Shown: in pieces, positions 53,283 to 64,000 of the stretch
Numbering within the stretch: the first letter of the stretch is position 1
Layout of the letters: the number at the start of each line of letters is the position of its first letter
Assembly: GCF_009914755.1 (NCBI RefSeq)
Contig: NC_060946.1
Source of the DNA: the human T2T-CHM13v2.0 reference genome, Homo sapiens
DNA length: 64,000 nt
Direction: 5' to 3' (one strand)
Program-made: the position numbers and the translations under genes
The notes under the pieces: model-generated
What the model saw: the letters and a program-made list of their open reading frames with translations, nothing else
The model's database searches: none
Told to the model about the DNA's origin: nothing

Positions 53283-56085
53283 CAAATATCCCCTCGCAGA
53301 TTCTACAAAAAGAGTGTTTCAAAACTGCTCTGTAAAAAGAAAGGTTCAACTCTGTTACTTGAGTACACACATCACAAACAAGTTTCACAGAATGCTTCTT
53401 TCTAGCTTGTAGGGGAAGATATTCCCTTTATCACCATGGTCCTCAAACCGTCCGAAACGTCCACTTTCATATACTACAAAAAGAGCGTTTCAAACCTGCT
53501 CTAGGAAAGGCAATGTTCAACTCTGTGACTTGAATGCAGACATCACAGAGCAGTTTCTGAGAATGCTTCTGTCTAGATTTTATAGGAAGATATTCCCGTT
53601 TCCAACGAAATCTTCACAGCTATCCAAATATCCACTTGCAGATTCTACAAAAAGAGTGTATCAAAACTGCTCTGTCAAAAGGAAGGTTCTTCTCTGTTAG
53701 GTGAGTGCATACGTCATAAAGGAGTTTCTGAGAATGTTTCTGTCTAGTGGTTATGGGAAGATATTTGCTTTTTCACCGTAGGCCTCAGAGCGCTCCAAAT
53801 ATCCACTTGCACATACTACAAAAAGAGTGCCTCAAAGCTGCTCTCTGAAATGGAATGTTCAACTCTATGAGTTGAATGCAAACATCACAAAGACGTTTCT
53901 GAGAATGCTTCTGTCTAGATTTGATATGAAGATATTCCCGTTTCCAACGAAATCTTCAAATCTATCCAAATGTCCACTTGCATAATCAACAAAAAGTGTT
54001 TTTCACAACTGCTCTATCAAAAGAAAGATCCACCTCTGTTAGCTGAGTTCACACATCACAAACAAGTTTATGAGAATGCTTCTGTCTAGTTTTTATTTGA
54101 AGATATTTCCTTTCTCACCATAGACCTGAAAGCTGTCCTAATGTTCACTTCCAGATACTACAGAAAGAGTGTTTCAAAACTGCTGTACGAAAGGGAATGT
54201 TCAACTCTGTGACTTGAATGCACACATCACAAAGAAGTTTCTGAGGATGCTGCTGTCTACTTTTTATACGTAATCCCGTTTCCAACGAAATCCTCCAAGC
54301 TATCCAAACATCCACTTGCAGATTCCACAGAAAGACTGTTTCAAAACTGCTCTGTCAATAGAAAGGTTCAACTCTGTTAGCTGCGTGCATATATCCCAAA
54401 GAAGATTCTGAGATTGCTTCTGTCTAGTTTTTATGGGAAGATATTTCCCTTTTCACCGTAGGCGTCAAGGCGCTCCAAATGTCCACTTCCAGATACTACA
54501 AAAAGAGTGTTTCAAACCTACTCTGTGAAAGCGAATATTCAACTCTGTGACTTGAATGCACATATCACAAAGAAGTTTCTGAGAATGCTTCTGTCGAGAT
54601 TTTATATGAAGATATTCCCGTTTCCAACGAAATCCTGAAATCTATACAAATATCCCCTCGCAGATTCTACAAAAAGAGTGTTTCAAAACTGCTCTGTAAA
54701 AAGAAAGGTTCAACTCTGTTACTTGAGTACACACATCACAAACAAGTTTCACAGAATGCTTCTTTCTAGCTTGTAGGGGAAGATATTCCCTTTATCACCA
54801 TGGTCCTCAAACCGTCCGAAACGTCCACTTTCATATACTACAAAAAGAGCGTTTCAAACCTGCTCTAGGAAAGGCAATGTTCAACTCTGTGACTTGAATG
54901 CAGACATCACAGAGCAGTTTCTGAGAATGCTTCTGTCTAGATTTTATAGGAAGATATTCCCGTTTCCAACGAAATCTTCACAGCTATCCAAATATCCACT
55001 TGCAGATTCTACAAAAAGAGTGTATCAAAACTGCTCTGTCAAAAGGAAGGTTCTTCTCTGTTAGGTGAGTGCATACGTCATAAAGGAGTTTCTGAGAATG
55101 TTTCTGTCTAGTGGTTATGGGAAGATATTTGCTTTTTCACCGTAGGCCTCAGAGCGCTCCAAATATCCACTTGCACATACTACAAAAAGAGTGCCTCAAA
55201 GCTGCTCTCTGAAATGGAATGTTCAACTCTATGAGTTGAATGCAAACATCACAAAGACGTTTCTGAGAATGCTTCTGTCTAGATTTGATATGAAGATATT
55301 CCCGTTTCCAACGAAATCTTCAAATCTATCCAAATGTCCACTTGCATAATCAACAAAAAGTGTTTTTCACAACTGCTCTATCAAAAGAAAGATCCACCTC
55401 TGTTAGCTGAGTTCACACATCACAAACAAGTTTATGAGAATGCTTCTGTCTAGTTTTTATTTGAAGATATTTCCTTTCTCACCATAGACCTGAAAGCTGT
55501 CCTAATGTTCACTTCCAGATACTACAGAAAGAGTGTTTCAAAACTGCTGTACGAAAGGGAATGTTCAACTCTGTGACTTGAATGCACACATCACAAAGAA
55601 GTTTCTGAGGATGCTGCTGTCTACTTTTTATACGTAATCCCGTTTCCAACGAAATCCTCCAAGCTATCCAAACATCCACTTGCAGATTCCACAGAAAGAC
55701 TGTTTCAAAACTGCTCTGTCAATAGAAAGGTTCAACTCTGTTAGCTGCGTGCATATATCCCAAAGAAGATTCTGAGATTGCTTCTGTCTAGTTTTTATGG
55801 GAAGATATTTCCCTTTTCACCGTAGGCGTCAAGGCGCTCCAAATGTCCACTTCCAGATACTACAAAAAGAGTGTTTCAAACCTACTCTGTGAAAGCGAAT
55901 ATTCAACTCTGTGACTTGAATGCACATATCACAAAGAAGTTTCTGAGAATGCTTCTGTCGAGATTTTATATGAAGATATTCCCGTTTCCAACGAAATCCT
56001 GAAATCTATACAAATATCCCCTCGCAGATTCTACAAAAAGAGTGTTTCAAAACTGCTCTGTAAAAAGAAAGGTTCAACTCTGTTA
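53283..56085. repeat. Tandem duplication of a single variant HOR (period 1364 bp)
   Basis: Variants pair at +1364: 53358/54722, 53467/54831, 53851/55215, 54006/55370, 54309/55673, 54646/56010. Confidence 0.88.
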
Positions 56086-59000
56086 GTTGAGTACACACAT
56101 CACAAAGAAGTTTCACAGAATGCTTCTTTCTAGCTTGTAGGGGAAGATATTCCCTTTATCACCATGGGCCTCCAACCGTCCGAAACGTCCACTTCCATAT
56201 ACTACAAAAAGAGCGTTTCAAACCTGCTCTAGGAAAGGCAATGTTCAACTCTGTGACTTGAATGCAGACATCACAGAGCAGTTTCTGAGAATGCTTCTGT
56301 CTAGATTTTATAGGAAGATATTCCCGTTTCCAACGAAATCTTCACAGCTATCCAAATATCCACTTGCAGATTCTACAAAAAGAGTGTATCAAAACTGCTC
56401 TGTCAAAAGGAAGGTTCTTCTCTGTTAGGTGAGTGCATACGTCATAAAGGAGTTTCTGAGAATGTTTCTGTCTAGTGGTTATGGGAAGATATTTGCTTTT
56501 TCACCGTAGGCCTCAGAGCGCTCCAAATATCCACTTGCACATACTACAAAAAGAATGCCTCAAAGCTGCTCTTTGAAACGGAATGTTCAACTCTATGAGT
56601 TGAATGCAAACATCACAAAGACGTTTCTGAGAATGCTTCTGTCTAGATTTGATATGAAGATATTCCCGTTTCCAACGAAATCTTCAAATCTATCCAAATG
56701 TCCACTTGCAGATTCAACAAAAAGTGTTTTTCAGAACTGCTCTATCAAAAGAAAGATCCACCTCTGTTAGCTGAGTTCACACATCACAAACAAGTTTATG
56801 AGAATGCTTCTGTCTAGTTTTTATTTGAAGATATTTCCTTTCTCACCATAGACCTGAAAGCTGTCCTAATGTTCACTTCCAGATACTACAGAAAGAGTGT
56901 TTCAAAACTGCTGTATGAAAGGGAATGTTCAACTCTGTGACTTGAATGCACACATCACAAAGAAGTTTCTGAGGATGCTGCTGTCTACTTTTTATATGTA
57001 ATCCCGTTTCCAACGAAATCCTCCAAGCTATCCAAATATCCACTTGCAGATTCCACAGAAAGACTGTTTCAAAACTGCTCTGTCAATAGAAAGGTTCAAC
57101 TCTGTTAGCTGCGTGCATATATCCCAAAGAAGATTCTGAGATTGCTTCTGTCTAGTTTTTATGGGAAGATATTTCCCTTTTCACCGTAGGCGTCAAGGCG
57201 CTCCAAATGTCCACTTCCAGATACTACAAAAAGAGTGTTTCAAACCTACTCTGTGAAAGGGAATATTCAACTCTGTGACTTGAATGCACATATCACAAAG
57301 AAGTTTCTGATAATGCTTCTGTCGAGATTTTATATGAAGATATTCCCGTTTCCAACGAAATCCTGAAATCTATCCAAATATCCCCTCGCAGATTCTACAA
57401 AAAGAGTGTTTCAAAACTGCTCTGTAAAAAGAAAGGTTCAACTCTGTTAGTTGAGTACACACATCACAAACAAGTTTCACAGAATGCTTCTTTCTAGCTT
57501 GTAGGGGAAGATATTCCCTTTATCACCATGGGCCTCCAACCGTCCGAAACATCCACTTCCATATACTACAAAAAGAGCGTTTCAAACCTGCTCTATGAAA
57601 GGCAATGTTCAACTCTGTGACTTGTATGCAGACATCACAGAGCAGTTTCTGAGAATGCTTCTGTCTAGATTTTATAGGAAGATATTCCCGTTTCCAACGA
57701 AATCTTCACAGCTATCCAAATATCCACTTGCAGATTCTACAAAAAGAGTGTATCAAAACTGCTCTGTCAAAAGGAAGGTTCTTCTCTGTTAGGTGAGTGC
57801 ATACGTCATAAAGGAGTTTCTGAGAATGTTTCTGTCTAGTGGTTATGGGAAGATATTTGCTTTTTCACCGTAGGCCTCAGAGCGCTCCAAATATCCACTT
57901 GCACATACAACAAAAAGAGTGCCTCAAAGCTGCTCTCTGAAATGGAATGTTCAACTCTATGAGTTGAATGCAAACATCACAAAGACGTTTCTGAGAATGC
58001 TTCTGTCTAGATTTGATATGAAGATATTCCCGTTTCCAACGAAATCTTCAAATCTATCCAAATGTCCACTTGCAGATTCAACAAAAAGTGTTTTTCAGAA
58101 CTGCTCTATCAAAAGAAAGATCCACCTCTGTTAGCTGAGTTCACACATCACAAACAAGTTTATGAGAATGCTTCTGTCTAGTTTTTATTTGAAGATATTT
58201 CCTTTCTCACCATAGACCTGAAAGCTGTCCTAATGTTCACTTCCAGATACTACAGAAAGAGTGTTTCAAAACTGCTGTACGAAAGGGAATGTTCAACTCT
58301 GTGACTTGAATGCACACATCACAAAGAAGTTTCTGAGGATGCTGCTGTCTACTTTTTATACGTAATCCCGTTTCCAACGAAATCCTCCAAGCTATCCAAA
58401 TATCCACTTGCAGATTCCACAGAAAGACTGTTTCAAAACTGCTCTGTCAATAGAAAGGTTCAACTCTGTTAGCTGCGTGCATATATCCCAAAGAAGATTC
58501 TGAGATTGCTTCTGTCTAGTTTTTATGGGAAGATATTTCCCTTTTCACCGTAGGCGTCAAGGCGCTCCAAATGTCCACTTCCAGACACTACAAAAAGAGT
58601 GTTTCAAACCTACTCTGTGAAAGGGAATATTCAACTCTGTGACTTGAATGCACATATCACAAAGAAGTTTCTGATAATGCTTCTGTCGAGATTTTATATG
58701 AAGATATTCCCGTTTCCAACGAAATCCTGAAATCTATCCAAATATCCCCTCGCAGATTCTACAAAAAGAGTGTTTCAAAACTGCTCTGTAAAAAGAAAGG
58801 TTCAACTCTGTTACTTGAGTACACACATCACAAACAAGTTTCACAGAATGCTTCTTTCTAGCTTGTAGGGGAAGATATTCCCATTATCACCATGGTCCTC
58901 AAACCGTCCGAAACGTCCACTTCCATATACTACAAAAAGAGCGTTTCAAACCTGCTCTAGGAAAGGCAATGTTCAACTCTGTGACTTGAATGCAGACATC

Positions 59001-61499
59001 ACAGAGCAGTTTCTGAGAATGCTTCTGTCTAGATTTTATAGGAAGATATTCCCGTTTCCAACGAAATCTTCACAGCTATCCAAATATCCACTTGCAGATT
59101 CTACAAAAAGAGTGTATCAAAACTGCTCTGTCAAAAGGAAGGTTCTTCTCTGTTAGGTGAGTGCATACGTCATAAAGGAGTTTCTGAGAATGTTTCTGTC
59201 TAGTGGTTATGGGAAGATATTTGCTTTTTCACCATAGGCCTCAGAGCGCTCCAAATATCCACTTGCACATACTACAAAAAGAGTGCCTCAAAGCTGCTCT
59301 CTGAAACGGAATGTTCAACTCTATGAGTTGAATGCAAACATCACAAAGACGTTTCTGAGAATGCTTCTGTCTAGATTTGATATGAAGATATTCCCGTTTC
59401 CAACGAAATCTTCAAATCTATCCAAATGTCCACTTGCATAATCAACAAAAAGTGTTTTTCAGAACTGCTCTATCAAAAGAAAGATCCACCTCTGTTAGCT
59501 GAGTTCACACATCACAAACAAGTTTATGAGAATGCTTCTGTCTAGTTTTTATTTGAAGATATTTCCTTTCTCACCATAGACCTGAAAGCTGTCCTAATGT
59601 TCACTTCCAGATACTACAGAAAGAGTGTTTCAAAACTGCTGTACGAAAGGGAATGTTCAACTCTGTGACTTGAATGCACACATCACAAAGAAGTTTCTGA
59701 GGATGCTGCTGTCTACTTTTTATACGTAATCCCGTTTCCAACGAAATCCTCCAAGCTATCCAAATATCCACTTGCAGATTCCACAGAAAGACTGTTTCAA
59801 AACTGCTCTGTCAATAGAAAGGTTCAACTCTGTTAGCTGCGTGCATATATCCCAAAGAAGATTCTGAGATTGCTTCTGTCTAGTTTTTATGGGAAGATAT
59901 TTCCCTTTTCACCGTAGGCGTCAAGGCGCTCCAAATGTCCACTTCCAGATACTACAAAAAGAGTGTTTCAAACCTACTCTGTGAAAGCGAATATTCAACT
60001 CTGTGACTTGAATGCACATATCACAAAGAAGTTTCTGAGAATGCTTCTGTCGAGATTTTATATGAAGATATTCCCGTTTCCAACGAAATCCTGAAATCTA
60101 TCCAAATATCCCCTCGCAGATTCTACAAAAAGAGTGTTTCAAAACTGCTCTGTAAAAAGAAAGGTTCAACTCTGTTAGTTGAGTACACACATCACAAAGA
60201 AGTTTCACAGAATGTTTCTTTCTAGCTTGTAGGGGAAGATATTCCCTTTATCACCATGGGCCTCCAACCGTCCGAAACGTCCACTTCCATATACTACAAA
60301 AAGAGCGTTTCAAACCTGCTCTAGGAAAGGCAATGTTCAACTCTGTGACTTGAATGCAGACATCACAGAGCAGTTTCTGAGAATGCTTCTGTCTAGATTT
60401 TATAGGAAGATATTCCCGTTTCCAACGAAATCTTCACAGCTATCCAAATATCCACTTGCAGATTCTACAAAAAGAGTGTATCAAAACTGCTCTGTCAAAA
60501 GGAAGGTTCTTCTCTGTTAGGTGAGTGCATACGTCATAAAGGAGTTTCTGAGAATGTTTCTGTCTAGTGGTTATGGGAAGATATTTGCTTTTTCACCGTA
60601 GGCCTCAGAGCGCTCCAAATATCCACTTGCACATACTACAAAAAGAGTGCCTCAAAGCTGCTCTTTGAAACGGAATGTTCAACTCTATGAGTTGAATGCA
60701 AACATCACAAAGACGTTTCTGAGAATGCTTCTGTCTAGATTTGATATGAAGATATTCCCGTTTCCAACGAAATCTTCAAATCTATCCAAATGTCCACTTG
60801 CAGATTCAACAAAAAGTGTTTTTCAGAACTGCTCTATCAAAAGAAAGATCCACCTCTGTTAGCTGAGTTCACACATCACAAACAAGTTTATGAGAATGCT
60901 TCTGTCTAGTTTTTATTTGAAGATATTTCCTTTCTCACCATAGACCTGAAAGCTGTCCTAATGTTCACTTCCAGATACTACAGAAAGAGTGTTTCAAAAC
61001 TGCTGTACGAAAGGGAATGTTCAACTCTGTGACTTGAATGCACACATCACAAAGAAGTTTCTGAGGATGCTGCTGTCTACTTTTTATACGTAATCCCGTT
61101 TCCAACGAAATCCTCCAAGCTATCCAAATATCCACTTGCAGATTCCACAGAAAGACTGTTTCAAAACTGCTCTGTCAATAGAAAGGTTCAACTCTGTTAG
61201 CTGCGTGCATATATCCCAAAGAAGATTCTGAGATTGCTTCTGTCTAGTTTTTATGGGAAGATATTTCCCTTTTCACCGTAGGCGTCAAGGCGCTCCAAAT
61301 GTCCACTTCCAGATACTACAAAAAGAGTGTTTCAAACCTACTCTGTGAAAGGGAATATTCAACTCTGTGACTTGAATGCACATATCACAAAGAAGTTTCT
61401 GAGAATGCTTCTGTCGAGATTTTATATGAAGATATTCCCGTTTCCAACGAAATCCTGAAATCTATCCAAATATCCCCTCGCAGATTCTACAAAAAGAGT

Positions 61500-64000
61500 G
61501 TTTCAAAACTGCTCTGTAAAAAGAAAGGTTCAACTCTGTTACTTGAGTACACACATCACAAACAAGTTTCACAGAATGCTTCTTTCTAGCTTGTAGGGGA
61601 AGATATTCCCTTTATCACCATGGTCCTCAAACCGTCCGAAACGTCCACTTTCATATACTACAAAAAGAGCGTTTCAAACCTGCTCTAGGAAAGGCAATGT
61701 TCAACTCTGTGACTTGAATGCAGACATCACAGAGCAGTTTCTGAGAATGCTTCTGTCTAGATTTTATAGGAAGGTATTCCCGTTTCCAACGAAATCTTCA
61801 CAGCTATCCAAATATCCACTTGCAGATTCTACAAAAAGAGTGTATCAAAACTGCTCTGTCAAAAGGAAGGTTCTTCTCTGTTAGGTGAGTGCATACGTCA
61901 TAAAGGAGTTTCTGAGAATGTTTCTGTCTAGTGGTTATGGGAAGATATTTGCTTTTTCACCGTAGGCCTCAGAGCGCTCCAAATATCCACTTGCACATAC
62001 TACAAAAAGAGTGCCTCAAAGCTGCTCTCTGAAATGGAATGTTCAACTCTATGAGTTGAATGCAAACATCACAAAGACGTTTCTGAGAATGCTTCTGTCT
62101 AGATTTGATATGAAGATATTCCCGTTTCCAACGAAATCTTCAAATCTATCCAAATGTCCACTTGCATAATCAACAAAAAGTGTTTTTCACAACTGCTCTA
62201 TCAAAAGAAAGATCCACCTCTGTTAGCTGAGTTCACACATCACAAACAAGTTTATGAGAATGCTTCTGTCTAGTTTTTATTTGAAGATATTTCCTTTCTC
62301 ACCATAGACCTGAAAGCTGTCCTAATGTTCACTTCCAGATACTACAGAAAGAGTGTTTCAAAACTGCTGTACGAAAGGGAATGTTCAACTCTGTGACTTG
62401 AATGCACACATCACAAAGAAGTTTCTGAGGATGCTGCTGTCTACTTTTTATACGTAATCCCGTTTCCAACGAAATCCTCCAAGCTATCCAAACATCCACT
62501 TGCAGATTCCACAGAAAGACTGTTTCAAAACTGCTCTGTCAATAGAAAGGTTCAACTCTGTTAGCTGCGTGCATATATCCCAAAGAAGATTCTGAGATTG
62601 CTTCTGTCTAGTTTTTATGGGAAGATATTTCCCTTTTCACCGTAGGCGTCAAGGCGCTCCAAATGTCCACTTCCAGATACTACAAAAAGAGTGTTTCAAA
62701 CCTACTCTGTGAAAGCGAATATTCAACTCTGTGACTTGAATGCACATATCACAAAGAAGTTTCTGAGAATGCTTCTGTCGAGATTTTATATGAAGATATT
62801 CCCGTTTCCAACGAAATCCTGAAATCTATACAAATATCCCCTCGCAGATTCTACAAAAAGAGTGTTTCAAAACTGCTCTGTAAAAAGAAAGGTTCAACTC
62901 TGTTAGTTGAGTACACACATCACAAAGAAGTTTCACAGAATGCTTCTTTCTAGCTTGTAGGGGAAGATATTCCCTTTATCACCATGGGCCTCAAACCGTC
63001 CGAAACGTCCACTTCCATATACTACAAAAAGAGCGTTTCAAACCTGCTCTAGGAAAGGCAATGTTCAACTCTGTGACTTGAATGCAGACATCACAGAGCA
63101 GTTTCTGAGAATGCTTCTGTCTAGATTTTATAGGAAGATATTCCCGTTTCCAACGAAATCTTCACAGCTATCCAAATATCCACTTGCAGATTCTACAAAA
63201 AGAGTGTATCAAAACTGCTCTGTCAAAAGGAAGGTTCTTCTCTGTTAGGTGAGTGCATACGTCATAAAGGAGTTTCTGAGAATGTTTCTGTCTAGTGGTT
63301 ATGGGAAGATATTTGCTTTTTCACCGTAGGCCTCAGAGCGCTCCAAATATCCACTTGCACATACTACAAAAAGAATGCCTCAAAGCTGCTCTTTGAAACG
63401 GAATGTTCAACTCTATGAGTTGAATGCAAACATCACAAAGACGTTTCTGAGAATGCTTCTGTCTAGATTTGATATGAAGATATTCCCGTTTCCAACGAAA
63501 TCTTCAAATCTATCCAAATGTCCACTTGCAGATTCAACAAAAAGTGTTTTTCAGAACTGCTCTATCAAAAGAAAGATCCACCTCTGTTAGCTGAGTTCAC
63601 ACATCACAAACAAGTTTATGAGAATGCTTCTGTCTAGTTTTTATTTGAAGATATTTCCTTTCTCACCATAGACCTGAAAGCTGTCCTAATGTTCACTTCC
63701 AGATACTACAGAAAGAGTGTTTCAAAACTGCTGTATGAAAGGGAATGTTCAACTCTGTGACTTGAATGCACACATCACAAAGAAGTTTCTGAGGATGCTG
63801 CTGTCTACTTTTTATATGTAATCCCGTTTCCAACGAAATCCTCCAAGCTATCCAAATATCCACTTGCAGATTCCACAGAAAGACTGTTTCAAAACTGCTC
63901 TGTCAATAGAAAGGTTCAACTCTGTTAGCTGCGTGCATATATCCCAAAGAAGATTCTGAGATTGCTTCTGTCTAGTTTTTATGGGAAGATATTTCCCTTT
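61500..64000. repeat. Copy of ~54680-57180 at a 5-HOR offset (6820 bp), truncated by the window end
   Basis: Variant pairs 54722/61542, 54831/61651, 55215/62035, 55370/62190, 56010/62830, 56107/62927, 56555/63375, 56916/63736. Confidence 0.88.

Larger units (their letters stand above)
1..64000 (-). repeat. Centromeric alpha-satellite HOR array, 1364-bp 8-mer, ~47 tandem copies (~375 monomers), homogeneous active-type array; probably the human chr14/22 SF2 family (D14Z9/D22Z1, alpha-XT)
   Basis: Alphoid motifs (TTCAACTCTGTGACTTGAATGCA, TTTCTGAGAATGCTTCTGTCTAG) recur every ~171 bp. Equivalent ORF starts recur at multiples of 1364 bp (3360, 4724, 6088, 8816 ... 45644; 48371 ... 63375), with only two 1-bp slips. 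Strand follows the CENP-B box convention. Alpha-satellite identity is near certain; the chr14/22 assignment is about 0.75. Confidence 0.99.

Noticed and set aside
309-57792. Repeated 65-aa ORFs (MKGNVQLCD...)
   Set aside because: Chance translation of alpha-satellite. Presence depends only on the TCTATG/TCTAGG variant, and there is no gene structure or recognisable domain.
1997-63590. Repeated 71-aa ORFs (MPQSCSLK...)
   Set aside because: They start at GTG except at 56555 and 63375, are interrupted by TAA in 19 units, and resemble the 65-aa ORF only because monomers are paralogous.
1-64000. CRISPR-like repeat-spacer pattern from recurring conserved motifs
   Set aside because: The intervening sequences are not unique spacers; they repeat every 1364 bp, and there are no cas genes.
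1-64000. Mobile element insertion, inversion or foreign segment
   Set aside because: The period holds to within two 1-bp deletions, all boxes share one orientation, and I saw no poly-A tail, target-site duplication or non-alphoid sequence.
1-64000. Possibility that this is a synthetic Markov-model centromere sequence (GRCh38-style)
   Set aside because: Rare variants stay linked in the same order over many kb (e.g. the 6820-bp block), which short-memory monomer models would not be expected to produce.

Overview
The whole 64 kb window is one uninterrupted, single-orientation primate centromeric alpha-satellite array. It has ~171-bp monomers organised as a 1364-bp, 8-monomer higher-order repeat (HOR), about 47 copies. 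CENP-B-box (B-type) and pJalpha-like (A-type) monomers alternate, with the canonical CENP-B box reading on the - strand. The 8-mer length, dimeric organisation, one TaqI site, two XbaI sites and no EcoRI site per consensus HOR best fit the human SF2 chr14/22 family (alpha-XT; D14Z9/D22Z1; S2C14/22H1L). That assignment is from recall, not a database search. I found no genes, RNA genes or mobile elements, and all listed ORFs are by-products of the repeat. I did not find a new biological system. The informative signal is in the single-base variants, which show a more diverged left edge, a few broken CENP-B boxes, interleaved HOR haplotypes, and nested 1-, 4- and 5-HOR duplications plus longer-range copies. 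All variant calls and counts were made by eye and should be confirmed by alignment.
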